Shown: positions 31,666-41,498 of the stretch, one piece after another
Layout: every line of letters starts with the position of its first letter
How positions within the stretch are numbered: position 1 is the first letter of the stretch
Source: an uncultured Alphaproteobacteria bacterium
Lineage (GTDB): Bacteria > Pseudomonadota > Alphaproteobacteria > Rhizobiales > Hyphomicrobiaceae
NCBI GenBank assembly: GCA_963819605.1
Contig: CAWFWU010000010.1
Location: forward strand, 101,710-165,709
Length of the DNA: 64,000 nt
Direction: 5' to 3'
The notes under the pieces: model-generated
The model's database searches: none
The model's input: the letters and a program-made list of their open reading frames with translations, nothing else
What the model was told of the DNA's origin: nothing
Position numbers and translations under genes: made by a program

Positions 31666-33759
31666 ATGAGTTTTTCTCGTCGCATTCTCAATGAGCTGCG
31701 CTCGTACCCCGGTATGGTCCGCTGGTATGATCCAAAGCAGTTGTCGGAAACGGGAATGCGGGACGTTATTACCCGCATTTTTGGCCAATTCGCCGACCAA
31801 CGCATGCTCCAGGCGACTGTCGACGGCTTCAGCCCAGAAGTGATGCAGAACGTGGTGAGCAAGCGCCACGATTACTCCAAAGACGACCAGTTCAAGCGCG
31901 CCGAGGCCGTCTGGGTCGATTACACCGCCGATCTTGGCGACGGTTTTGACGCGACGTACGCCATCGCGTCGCTCATTTCGGCCGGTGAGGTCGAGGTCGA
32001 AGGTGCCGGTACGTTGCCGGGCGGCAAATTTCTTTTGCTGGGCGGAGATCAAGTCTACCCATTTCCCTCGCGCGCTGACTACGAGCAGAAATTCGCCAAG
32101 CCTTATGCTATGGCCTTGCCGCGCACGCCGTCGCAACCAGCAGAGCGTTTCATGTTTGCACTGCCTGGCAACCATGATTGGTATGACGGACTCAACGCCT
32201 TCGACAACATGTTCTGTAAGGCGCGCTACGCGTCGTATGGAACCGAGCGCTCTGACAACAGGATCGGCGGCTGGGTCTGTCCGCAGCACCGCAGCTACTG
32301 GTCGATTAAGTTGCCACACAATTGGTGGATCTGGGGCGCCGACATCCAGCTGTCGCATTATCTCGATGCCGGACAAATCCTCTACTTCAAAGAAGTAGCG
32401 CGGGATATGAAGGCCGCCTCGCCGGCCGATCCGCCCAAGGTCATTTTGTGTATTTCCGAACCGAGCTGGATGAAGGAGCGACGCAGCGAGGACCAAGGCG
32501 AGCAGAACCTCGACACCATTGTCAACATTGCGCTCGACAACCACGCCCGCATCGCCGCCGTGCTGACGGGAGACACTCACCACTACAACCGTTATTTCGC
32601 ACCAAGCCACGGCTTGAACCTGATCACGGCCGGCGGCGGTGGCGCATATTTTTCGCCAACCCACCTGCTGAAAGACAAGCTCAAGATGAAGTTCGAGGGC
32701 GATGACATCGATCTCGAACTCAATTGCAAGGCGTCGCCAAAGCCCGGCGCGCCACCTCAAGAAAGCTGTTGGCCGCCACGGGCGCGCTCGCGCTTGCTAT
32801 CGTTCAACACGTTGGGCTTTCCATTGCGAAACTACGCCTTCGCGCTTGCGCTTGGGTTCATCTATTGGCTCTTGGCTTGGCCGTTCGCCTTTTCCGAGGT
32901 TGCGTTCAAAGATTATCAGCAGCACACGGTCCACGAATGGGTGTTTGGCGTGAAGGCCACATCGGCCGGTGAGGCGGTGCGCGGTGCAACGGCAACTCTG
33001 CAATCGGCTGTGCAGGCCGTGGAGCCTCTCTCGTGGTCGGAGATGCCGCTCCTCACCTTGCAGGCGGGTATCTCCAACCCGGTTCTGGGTCTGTCAGCAC
33101 TCGTCATTCTGCTGATCCTCATTTTCTATGCCGAGGCGCCCAGCATGATTCAAAGGGTCTTGATGGGCTTTTTGCACTGGCTCGCCCATCTTGCTACTGC
33201 GGTCGTCATGTTCGTGGTGTTGACCCACCTGCTGACCCAAATTATCAACGCACTTGTAACTGTGTCGGCGCTCGTTCCGTCGGCGTTGCGCGTCAGCCAG
33301 ACGACGGCGGAATTGGCTGGGCACTTCCTGGCGCCACCGCTGATGTGGGGAATCGGGGGATTCTGCGGCGGACTGGTCTGGGGGCTCTATCTAACAATTT
33401 CGTGTCTGTTTAATCGTCATTGCGATCAGGCGTTCTCTTCGATGCGGCTGCCGATCTACCGTCACTTCCTGAGAATGAAGATCGAACGCGACACGTTGAC
33501 GATCTATCCGATCGGGTTGACTAATGTGCCGTCGCGGTGGCGGTGGAGGGCTGCGGAGAAGGATCAATGTGGTCTCATCACGGGGCCGCTCTTCGTGCCG
33601 CAACGGCCGTTCAAACCACAATTGATCGACGGTCCAATCGTCATTCCTGCGAACAGCTTGCGGGGGCGGGATCTGTCTATGCGCAAGAAGGGGCCGCTGT
33701 CACTTTCCCCTTCCGAGCAATTGCCGTCGATTGGTTTGGTCCGCGTCAGAACGGAATGA
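31666..33759 (+). CDS. Membrane-anchored metallophosphoesterase
   Basis: DYTADLGDG, GGDQVYP, PGNHDWYD and GDTHHY motifs, followed by several TM helices; start set at MSFSRR (31666). Confidence 0.85.
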   Translation: MSFSRRILNELRSYPGMVRWYDPKQLSETGMRDVITRIFGQFADQRMLQATVDGFSPEVMQNVVSKRHDYSKDDQFKRAEAVWVDYTADLGDGFDATYAIASLISAGEVEVEGAGTLPGGKFLLLGGDQVYPFPSRADYEQKFAKPYAMALPRTPSQPAERFMFALPGNHDWYDGLNAFDNMFCKARYASYGTERSDNRIGGWVCPQHRSYWSIKLPHNWWIWGADIQLSHYLDAGQILYFKEVARDMKAASPADPPKVILCISEPSWMKERRSEDQGEQNLDTIVNIALDNHARIAAVLTGDTHHYNRYFAPSHGLNLITAGGGGAYFSPTHLLKDKLKMKFEGDDIDLELNCKASPKPGAPPQESCWPPRARSRLLSFNTLGFPLRNYAFALALGFIYWLLAWPFAFSEVAFKDYQQHTVHEWVFGVKATSAGEAVRGATATLQSAVQAVEPLSWSEMPLLTLQAGISNPVLGLSALVILLILIFYAEAPSMIQRVLMGFLHWLAHLATAVVMFVVLTHLLTQIINALVTVSALVPSALRVSQTTAELAGHFLAPPLMWGIGGFCGGLVWGLYLTISCLFNRHCDQAFSSMRLPIYRHFLRMKIERDTLTIYPIGLTNVPSRWRWRAAEKDQCGLITGPLFVPQRPFKPQLIDGPIVIPANSLRGRDLSMRKKGPLSLSPSEQLPSIGLVRVRTE

Positions 33760-33781
33760 TTGCGTCCGCAGAAATCTTGTA

Positions 33782-35596
33782 ATGAGTGCAGCCATGACGC
33801 TGAATTTGTCGAAATCAATAGAACAGATGGCGCCGTCCTACGATGCTGTTGTGGTCGGTTCGGGCTATGGGGGTGGCGTCGCTGCCTGCCGGCTCGCGCG
33901 CTGTGGCCTGTCAGTTGCGGTGCTTGAACGCGGCCGCGAATATGCCCCGGGTGAATTCCCAACAAACCCGATGCAGGCGACCAGGGCCCTTCAGGTCACA
34001 GGCGCTTCGGGAACCATGGGTTCGCCAATGGCGCTCTTTGATATACGTGCCGGAGACGGGGTACATGTCTTGAAGGCTTGCGGGCTCGGGGGCACCTCGC
34101 TCATTAACGCCGGCGTGTGCCTATCGCCCGATGAACGCGTTTTCAAATCCTCCTTGTGGCCCGGCGAGATTCGGTCCGACGGCATGCTGGCCGACGGCTA
34201 TTTGAAGGCGCGCGCCATGTTGCGTCCCGCAGCCCAGCCTGGTTGGCGCGATTTTCCAAAAGTGAAGGCGCTCGCCACCGCCGCGCAGGCCTTCAACGAA
34301 ACGCTGCAGCCGGCCCCTATTCACGTTGCCTTTTCCAAGGGACCAAATGCCGCCGGTGTCGAGCAGCCGGCCTGCACGGCATGCGGCGATTGCTGCGGCG
34401 GCTGCAACGTCGGTGCCAAAACGACCGTGCGCAACACATACCTGGCGGCGGCCAATGCGGCGGGTGCCGCGATCTTTACACAAACCGACGTGCGTCTGGT
34501 CAGCAAGGAGAGCGACGGACGCTGGCGCGTGACGTTCGCGGCGCTTGGCGATGGGCACGCGGGCCATGAATATTTCGTGCTAGCGGGTATCGTCGTCCTG
34601 GCAGGGGGGACGCTAGGTTCGACAGAAATACTCATGCGCTCCCGCGCTGCCGGCTTGGCGCTGTCCGACACGCTCGGGGCTCGCGTAACGAGCAATGGTG
34701 ATGTCATCGCGCTCGCCTACAATACGGTGTATCCCGTGCATGGTGTCGGTGTTGGTCATCCCTCCCGTTTAGGCGGCATTCCGGTTGGTGCTGCGGTCAA
34801 TGGCCTGCTGGACCTACGCGACGGTGTGCCACTCGAGGAGGGCTTGGCCATCGTCGAATGTGCTCTGCCGAGTTCGCTGGCACCCTTGCTGCCCGGCTTG
34901 CTTGCCGCCGGTTCGGCTGTCTTCGGCAAGGATGCCGATCGCTCATTGGCGAGCGAGATGGGCGAGATCAAACGTACGGCATCCGGTTTTCTTGGGGGTG
35001 CCTCTGGCGGCGCTGTCAATAACACGGAGACATTCTTGGCCGTCGGGCACGATGCCGGTGATGGCCGCATGGCATTCGAGGATGACAGGGTTCGATTGAT
35101 ATGGCCGCAGGCGGCCAAGCATCAGGTGTTCGCACGTATCGACGACGCGATCAAAAAAGCATCGTATGCGCTCGGCGGCACCTACTTGCGCAATCCGGCT
35201 TCAATAGAGTTTCTGGGAGGAAACTTATTGACCGTCCATCCGCTCGGTGGCGCGGTCATAGCGGCCGACCGTACAGGAGGCGTCGTCAATCATAAGTGCC
35301 AGGTCTTCGACACTACGCCCGGAACCTTTCCAGACAACGTGCATCGCGGACTCTACGTGTGCGATGGGTCCGTCGTCCCATGCCCGCTCGGTGTGCATCC
35401 TCTGCTGACGATCACAGCTATTGCCGAGCGAGCGATGGTGCACCTGGCAAACGACCGCAAGCTGATTGAAAAACCCCGTTCGGTACCACAGATAGCGCCG
35501 GTGTCCGCGCGGCCAGTCTTGACCCCCGGCATTCCGGTTCCTCCCGCGCCGCGGCGGATCAGTCTTTGGAATTTTATTGCCGGGCGCTGGCGTTGA
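33782..35596 (+). CDS. Cholesterol-oxidase-like (ChoD-type) GMC oxidoreductase
   Basis: VVVGSGYGG, LERG, GLGGTSLINA, CTACGDCCGGC, TVHPLGG, YVCDGS..P..LGVHP..TITAIAER. Confidence 0.88.
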   Translation: MSAAMTLNLSKSIEQMAPSYDAVVVGSGYGGGVAACRLARCGLSVAVLERGREYAPGEFPTNPMQATRALQVTGASGTMGSPMALFDIRAGDGVHVLKACGLGGTSLINAGVCLSPDERVFKSSLWPGEIRSDGMLADGYLKARAMLRPAAQPGWRDFPKVKALATAAQAFNETLQPAPIHVAFSKGPNAAGVEQPACTACGDCCGGCNVGAKTTVRNTYLAAANAAGAAIFTQTDVRLVSKESDGRWRVTFAALGDGHAGHEYFVLAGIVVLAGGTLGSTEILMRSRAAGLALSDTLGARVTSNGDVIALAYNTVYPVHGVGVGHPSRLGGIPVGAAVNGLLDLRDGVPLEEGLAIVECALPSSLAPLLPGLLAAGSAVFGKDADRSLASEMGEIKRTASGFLGGASGGAVNNTETFLAVGHDAGDGRMAFEDDRVRLIWPQAAKHQVFARIDDAIKKASYALGGTYLRNPASIEFLGGNLLTVHPLGGAVIAADRTGGVVNHKCQVFDTTPGTFPDNVHRGLYVCDGSVVPCPLGVHPLLTITAIAERAMVHLANDRKLIEKPRSVPQIAPVSARPVLTPGIPVPPAPRRISLWNFIAGRWR

Positions 35597-35661
35597 GCCG
35601 GCCGCCTGACGCGGCGCGAATGACTGCCCGTGCCGCCGTCCATGTGTTGTGAACTAAGGGG

Positions 35662-38600
35662 ATGCCTATGCGCCGGCTTTCGCGATCAGTCGCCGACCTC
35701 AAGATGCAATACGACGTCATCGTCGTCGGATCGGGATACGGCGCTGGCGTTGCTGCCTCCCGCATGGCGCGCTGCGGACGCCGCGTTTGCGTGCTGGAAC
35801 GCGGCCGCGAATTTGCGCTCGGCGAGTTTCCCGACCGGATCGGAGAAGCCCGCGAAGAGACGCGCATTACGACAAGTGGCAAGTCGGTCGGGTCGGAGTT
35901 GGCCCTGTACGATTTACGGCTCGGCCGCGACATGAACGTGCTGCTCGGCTGCGGGTTGGGCGGGGGATCTCTAATCAACGCCAACGTCGCCTTGCCACCG
36001 GACGATCGAATTTGGAATGATCCAGTATGGCCGCAGGCCTTACGCGGCGATAAGGATGGCACGCGCCTTGAAGGCTTCGTGCGTGCCCGCCAGATGTTGC
36101 GGCCCGTGCCCTACCCAAATGCCGTTCCATTGCCCAAGCTCAAAGCGCTGGAGATGGCGGGACAGGCGCTCGGTGCCGATGCCGTTCGCCCGCCCATCAC
36201 GGTGACGTTTGTACCCACCAGGAACCACGCCGGTGTTGAGCAGCCGGCCTGCACCTTGTGCGGTGATTGTTGTGCCGGATGCAACGTCGGCGCCAAGACG
36301 ACGGTGCAGTTCTCCTATATGGCCGATGCCGAAAGCCACGGCGCTGAGATTTTTACGCAGGTACGCGTCACGCGGCTGGCACGCGAGCGCGGGCGCTGGC
36401 GTATTTATTTCCAACCGCTCGGCATGGTGCGCGACAAGTTCGGCGCGCCCGAAATGTCGCTGATCGCGGAGGTTGTTGTTCTGGGTGCGGGCGCGTTGGG
36501 CTCGACCGAGATACTGTTACGTTCGGCGGCGAACGGCCTGCCCGTTTCGTCTGCTGTGGGCCAACGCTTTACCGGCAACGGAGATGTGCTTGCGTTCGCC
36601 TACAATAACGACGTGGAGATCAACGGCATCGGCTTTGGTCATCCACCGCAAGCCAACCCCGGCCCGGTCGGGCCCTGCATCACGGGCATCATCGATATGC
36701 GCGACAGCCCGCTGCTTGACGATGGCATGGTTATCGAGGAGGGTTCCATTCCTTCTGGGCTCGCGCCTATCCTTCCCGCCACGATGGCGGGCGGCGCGCG
36801 GGCCTTCGGAGTCGATACCGACTTCGGCGTGAAAGACGAGTTGGACGAGGCTGCGCGCCAAGCGATGAGCCTCGTATTCGGTGCCTACCACGGCGCAGTA
36901 CACAACACGCAGACGTTTCTGGTGATGGCACACGACGGCGCCGGCGGCCGCTTGCAACTTGAAAACGACAAGCTTGAAGTGTCCTGGCCGGGCGTTGCGG
37001 AACTGCAGGTTTTCAAGACCATCAGTGAGCGCCTGGAAAAGGCAACCCGCGCGACTGGGGGGACTTACACGCGAAATCCGATGACGACGACGCTGCTGGG
37101 AAATAATCTCATCACGGTGCATCCCCTCGGCGGGTGCGGCATGGCCGAGAGGCACGATGCCGGGGTCGTCAATCACAAGTGCCAGGTGTTCGATGCAAGC
37201 CCGGGCGCACCCCCCGATGCCGTGCTTGAAGGACTTTACGTTTGCGATGGCGCCGTCATGCCGCGTTCGCTCGGTGTCAATCCATTTCTGACGATTACGG
37301 CTCTTGCAGAGCGCGCCATGATCCATTTGGCACGCGACTATCAGTGGTCGTTCACAACTGAGGCTCGCAAGCCGGCGCCGGCGATGGCCTTTGTGCCACC
37401 CGTGCCTGTGCCGTCATTTTCACAGGAACCCGCGACCGGGGTTGAATTCACCGAGCGTATGGCCGGTTACCTGTCGTTCGAACCGGTCGTGCCGCACGAC
37501 ACTGCGTTCGCCAAGGGAAAAGCCGCCGATCAGTCCTTCGCCTTCACGGTGACGGTGCTCATCGACGATGTGGATCGTTTCATTGCTGATCCGGCGCACA
37601 AGGGCCGCCTCATCGGGACGGTGGATTGCCTTGCGCTTTCGCCGTCACCGCTCGATATCTTTGATGGTACGTTCAATCTGATGCGCGCCGAACAGTCGGC
37701 GGTGGAGACGAAGCGCTTCGACTATGCGTTCTCTGCTGTGACGCGTGAGGGTGCGGAGTATCAATTTGCCGGCTACAAGATCGTGCGCAATGATGCCGGA
37801 CTTGATTTGTGGCGCGATACCACAAAGCTTTATTTTGATATCGCCCGGGGGCGTGTTGGGCGGCAGGGCGCACTGGGCCGAGGCATGCTGGAAATCCGGC
37901 CCAAGGATTTTGCCGTCCAACTGCAGACCGTGCGTGGCACCGGCGGTACTGGGACCCTTGATCGGACGAAAGCGGTCGCCAAGTTCGGCCAGTTCTTCGG
38001 GGGGGAATTGTTCAGCACATTTGGCGGCCTCTTCACACGCAGTACGCGATACGACGCGGGCGCACCGCGCAAAAAGCGGAATCTGCGGGCTCCTGAACCC
38101 GAACTTCATATGTTCAAGGCGGCGGACGGCAAGCTGTTGCGTTTGACGCGCTATAATGGCGGGACGAAAGGGCCGGTACTTTTGGCGCACGGCCTGGGCG
38201 TATCGAGCCTCATCTTTTCCATCGATACCATCGATACTAATCTGCTCGAATACCTAGTTGCCGCCGGCTACGATTGCTGGCTGCTCGACTTCCGCGCCAG
38301 CATCGATTTGCCATATGCCAAGACCCAGTGGAGCGGCGACGACGTGGCGCTCTACGATTATCCTGCTGCCGTGGCGAAGGTGCGTGCGGAGACCGGCGCG
38401 CAGTCCGTGCAGGTCGTGGCGCACTGCTTTGGCGGCACGACATTCTCGATGGCGTTGCTGGCGGGGCTCGAAGGTGTGCGCTCGGCGGTCATCTCGCAGA
38501 TCTCGACCGATTACGTCGTGCCCTATTTTCCGCAGAAGCTGCTGGCGCAACTCCATTTGCCGCAACTCTTCGATCACATCGGTCTCGACGTCATCGACGC

Positions 38601-39114
38601 GCGCGCCACGGTGGCTGATGGCATGGGAGAGCGCCTGCTCGACTGTTTCTTGCGCTTCGCAGTTCCGATGCCGCGAGCGGAACGCAACAGAAGCGCGACG
38701 AGCGCGCGGATCAGTGCACTTTACGGGCGCCTCTATCAGCTCGACCAGCTCAACGCCGAAACATTCGAGGCGGGACTGCCGGAGATGTTCGGCGAGGCCA
38801 ATATCTCGGCATTCAAGCAGCTCGCTTACTTCGTGCGGCTTGGGCATGTCGTGGATAAAACCGGGGCTGACGTGTACCTTCCCAACATTGCAAGGATGGC
38901 CATGCCGATCCTGTTCGTGCATGGCGCAGCCAACGCCTGCTTCAAGCCAGAGAGTACACAGCGCACGCTCACGCGGTTGGCTGCGGCCAACGGTGCAGGG
39001 TACTACGACCGCAAGGAGATCCCAGGTCACGGCCACATCGACTGTATATTCGGAAAGAACGCCGTGAGCGCTGTCTATCCTTATATACGGCGGCATCTGG
39101 ACGCGAGCGCCTGA
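35662..39114 (+). CDS. GMC oxidoreductase + unnamed central domain + alpha/beta hydrolase fusion
   Basis: Same GMC motifs (GSGYGAG, CTLCGDCCAGC, TVHPLGG); central VEFTERMAG... domain; hydrolase with LAHGLG, VVAHCFGG and GHGHIDC. Confidence 0.88.
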   Translation: MPMRRLSRSVADLKMQYDVIVVGSGYGAGVAASRMARCGRRVCVLERGREFALGEFPDRIGEAREETRITTSGKSVGSELALYDLRLGRDMNVLLGCGLGGGSLINANVALPPDDRIWNDPVWPQALRGDKDGTRLEGFVRARQMLRPVPYPNAVPLPKLKALEMAGQALGADAVRPPITVTFVPTRNHAGVEQPACTLCGDCCAGCNVGAKTTVQFSYMADAESHGAEIFTQVRVTRLARERGRWRIYFQPLGMVRDKFGAPEMSLIAEVVVLGAGALGSTEILLRSAANGLPVSSAVGQRFTGNGDVLAFAYNNDVEINGIGFGHPPQANPGPVGPCITGIIDMRDSPLLDDGMVIEEGSIPSGLAPILPATMAGGARAFGVDTDFGVKDELDEAARQAMSLVFGAYHGAVHNTQTFLVMAHDGAGGRLQLENDKLEVSWPGVAELQVFKTISERLEKATRATGGTYTRNPMTTTLLGNNLITVHPLGGCGMAERHDAGVVNHKCQVFDASPGAPPDAVLEGLYVCDGAVMPRSLGVNPFLTITALAERAMIHLARDYQWSFTTEARKPAPAMAFVPPVPVPSFSQEPATGVEFTERMAGYLSFEPVVPHDTAFAKGKAADQSFAFTVTVLIDDVDRFIADPAHKGRLIGTVDCLALSPSPLDIFDGTFNLMRAEQSAVETKRFDYAFSAVTREGAEYQFAGYKIVRNDAGLDLWRDTTKLYFDIARGRVGRQGALGRGMLEIRPKDFAVQLQTVRGTGGTGTLDRTKAVAKFGQFFGGELFSTFGGLFTRSTRYDAGAPRKKRNLRAPEPELHMFKAADGKLLRLTRYNGGTKGPVLLAHGLGVSSLIFSIDTIDTNLLEYLVAAGYDCWLLDFRASIDLPYAKTQWSGDDVALYDYPAAVAKVRAETGAQSVQVVAHCFGGTTFSMALLAGLEGVRSAVISQISTDYVVPYFPQKLLAQLHLPQLFDHIGLDVIDARATVADGMGERLLDCFLRFAVPMPRAERNRSATSARISALYGRLYQLDQLNAETFEAGLPEMFGEANISAFKQLAYFVRLGHVVDKTGADVYLPNIARMAMPILFVHGAANACFKPESTQRTLTRLAAANGAGYYDRKEIPGHGHIDCIFGKNAVSAVYPYIRRHLDASA

Positions 39115-39378
39115 TGGCCGTTGCGGCGGTATTCGAGACAATCATGCACTCCAATGGAAAATCGCAACTCGCCGACCATGCGCTTTCTGCATCGAGGAGC
39201 GAGTCGAGCAGAGTCCGCAGCCAGCGAATCCTGACGGTTCGCGAGGCAAGGACTGAAGACCGGACTTGTCCCAAGGCCGAAGGTTAGGCCGCGTCACATT
39301 TCTACGCGCTACTCGGGCTTAAGCAGACGAGCAAGCCATCAGCCAGCCCAAACTACAACCGCACGATCGGATTGAAGT

Positions 39379-40281
39379 GTGATGGTCACCACACGTCCAG
39401 CTCTTGACAGCTCGAAACTGAGTGAACGGCTTGAGCACTTCATTGCACTGATCGCCAGCGAAGATCATGCCCAGGAAATATCGCATCGTTGCGGGCTGCC
39501 ACCCGAGCGCGCGCGACTACTGCTCAATACCTACTGCAACGAAGCGCGTGTCGGGCTATCCCTGGTCGCGGCCAGCCTGCGACCAGGCCTGCGTGTGCTG
39601 GAAGTTGGAACCGGTGTCGGGTTGCTTGCAAGCGTCCTGGCGGAACAGGGCGTCAACATTGTGGGCGTCGAGCCTGGCGATGCCGGATTCGGATTTATGC
39701 CAACGCTGGCGTCCATCGTGACGGTCTGCGTGGGGTTAGAACGGCCTTTTGTGCCGTTGTCGATCGGCGTCGCCGCACTTGAGCCCGCACAGCATGGCCA
39801 GTTCGATCTCATCTACTCCATCAACGTCTTAGAACATCTGAGCGCTCTAGACGCTGCCATTGCGGCCATGGCGCGGGTGCTAGCCGAAAACGGCACCATG
39901 GTGCATATGTGCCCCAACTATGCTGTACCCTATGAGCCGCATTTGACCATTCCTCTGATTCCAGGTGCCCCCTATTACACGCGGTATCTGTTTCCAAGCC
40001 ACGCGCGCCGTTATCCTGGCTTGTGGGACGAATTGAACTTCATTACCGCGGGCCGCCTCCGCCGCCTCAGCCGCAAGCATGGGCTGACGGCAAGATTTGA
40101 TTCGGGCGTGATGGGAGCCATGGTGCGGCGAATTCTGACGGACCCGATCCTCGCCGCACGCCAGGGTGCGGGAATGCGTATGACAGCCGCAGCGTTGCAG
40201 AAAACCGGGGGGCTCGCAGTTATAGACCGCATTCCAGCTGGTCTTTCGACACCAATGATTGCGCGGCTGGCGAAGAGTTAG
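39379..40281 (+). CDS. Class I SAM-dependent methyltransferase
   Basis: VLEVGTGVG, VGVEP, FDLIYSINVLEH, LAENG. Confidence 0.85.
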   Translation: MMVTTRPALDSSKLSERLEHFIALIASEDHAQEISHRCGLPPERARLLLNTYCNEARVGLSLVAASLRPGLRVLEVGTGVGLLASVLAEQGVNIVGVEPGDAGFGFMPTLASIVTVCVGLERPFVPLSIGVAALEPAQHGQFDLIYSINVLEHLSALDAAIAAMARVLAENGTMVHMCPNYAVPYEPHLTIPLIPGAPYYTRYLFPSHARRYPGLWDELNFITAGRLRRLSRKHGLTARFDSGVMGAMVRRILTDPILAARQGAGMRMTAAALQKTGGLAVIDRIPAGLSTPMIARLAKS

Positions 40282-40515
40282 CAGGCTGTTGAAGTTCTCG
40301 GCTGCTGACAACGCGGGGCGAATAGGATTCCGTAGCCCCATGGATTGCAAGGGGGCTGAGATGCGTGGATCGGAAGCAATGTCTGGGTCGATGTTCTCGT
40401 ATGTTGATCTATAAGCCCGTGATCCACCCGACGATCTGCTGCGTTTGATCCGCGAGGTCGTCAACGAGACTCAGCTCGGCCTCGATGCCGAGTTTTCCCC
40501 GCCGGAAAGGCGGCT
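40282..40515 (+). mobile_element. Degenerate IS5-family left end and transposase N-terminus
   Basis: caggctgttgaa terminus; MRGSEAMSGSMFSYVDL*ARDPPDDLLRLIREVVN...SPPERRL with in-frame TAA and an internal deletion. Confidence 0.65.
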
Positions 40516-40663
40516 GAGAGAGACAGCGTCCGCTTGCAGATGTCCAGCTGCCTTGCGCGCACACTCGTCGCAAGTACCTGCGGCGACCAACGTGTTGTCC
40601 GCTTCCTCTGCACTGCAACTAAAACCCCTTGCCATTACTCAGTTCACGTCTTATGATTGAGAT

Positions 40664-40960
40664 GTGAACCGTGACGACGCTATCGCCCGCATCAAGAAGT
40701 CCGAACAGGCTATTCGTACTTTTGGCGCCTCTGCACTCTATTTATTCGGCTCGACCGCTCGCAACGAAGCCAAACCCACGTCCGACGTCGATATCTTCAT
40801 CGATAGCGACCCAAAAAAGCCGCTCGGGTTTTTGGAATTCTTTGGCTTGGAAGAGCTGCTGGAAGACACCCTCGGTGCCAAGGTCGATCTCTGCACGCGT
40901 CCCGAGCTTCACCCGGCGTTGCTTGCCGAAATTGAACAGAGTGCCATTCACGTCCTGTGA
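40664..40960 (+). CDS. Minimal nucleotidyltransferase (MNT) antitoxin
   Basis: LYLFGSTARNEAKPTSDVDIFID; GTGA overlap with the next gene. Confidence 0.9.
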   Translation: MNRDDAIARIKKSEQAIRTFGASALYLFGSTARNEAKPTSDVDIFIDSDPKKPLGFLEFFGLEELLEDTLGAKVDLCTRPELHPALLAEIEQSAIHVL

Positions 40961-41298
40961 TCCGCTCAACGCGCCCGCGCCTTGAGGATATCGAGCAGAA
41001 CATCACGCTTGCGCTGGCGTTCGTTCATCAGCGCACCCTCAAGCATGTCACTCACGACTTTGCCCTGCGCTACGCGCTCCAGCACGCTCTTTTGATCATT
41101 TCCGAGGCGGTGAAAAATCTTCCCGCTGACCTGTGCGCCGAACACCCCGAAATCCCGTGGCGCAAAATCAAATCTCTCGGCGACAAGTTGCGGCACGAAT
41201 ACCACCGCATTAGTCCAGAAATTATTTGGGACGTGGCAACGGTTCACCTCAAACCGCTGCACCAAGTCGTCAAGGCAATGCTCGTACACGCCGATTAG
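40957..41298 (+). CDS. HepT/DUF86 HEPN ribonuclease toxin
   Basis: IISEAVKNLP...PEIPWRKI..LGDKLRHEY...IIWD. Confidence 0.88.
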   Translation: MIRSTRPRLEDIEQNITLALAFVHQRTLKHVTHDFALRYALQHALLIISEAVKNLPADLCAEHPEIPWRKIKSLGDKLRHEYHRISPEIIWDVATVHLKPLHQVVKAMLVHAD

Positions 41299-41498
41299 CA
41301 CGGGATAGCGTCCTGACTACCCTTGCGGTGTAGGCCCAACAACCGTCCAAGAGCCCACTCGCGAGGGTTTGCTTCATTTAACGCGGTTGCTAGCCCCCCC
41401 GTAAACAACAAGCCCATTCAGAGGGATATTGGTTTTGAGGGTGACGTCAAAATGCTCAGACCACTCGCCGGACGTGTTGGATTGGGGTAATATGAGGC

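Noticed and set aside
35662-35720. Tat signal in the large GMC fusion (MPMRRLS)
   Set aside because: No hydrophobic h-region; the FAD-binding motif follows almost immediately.
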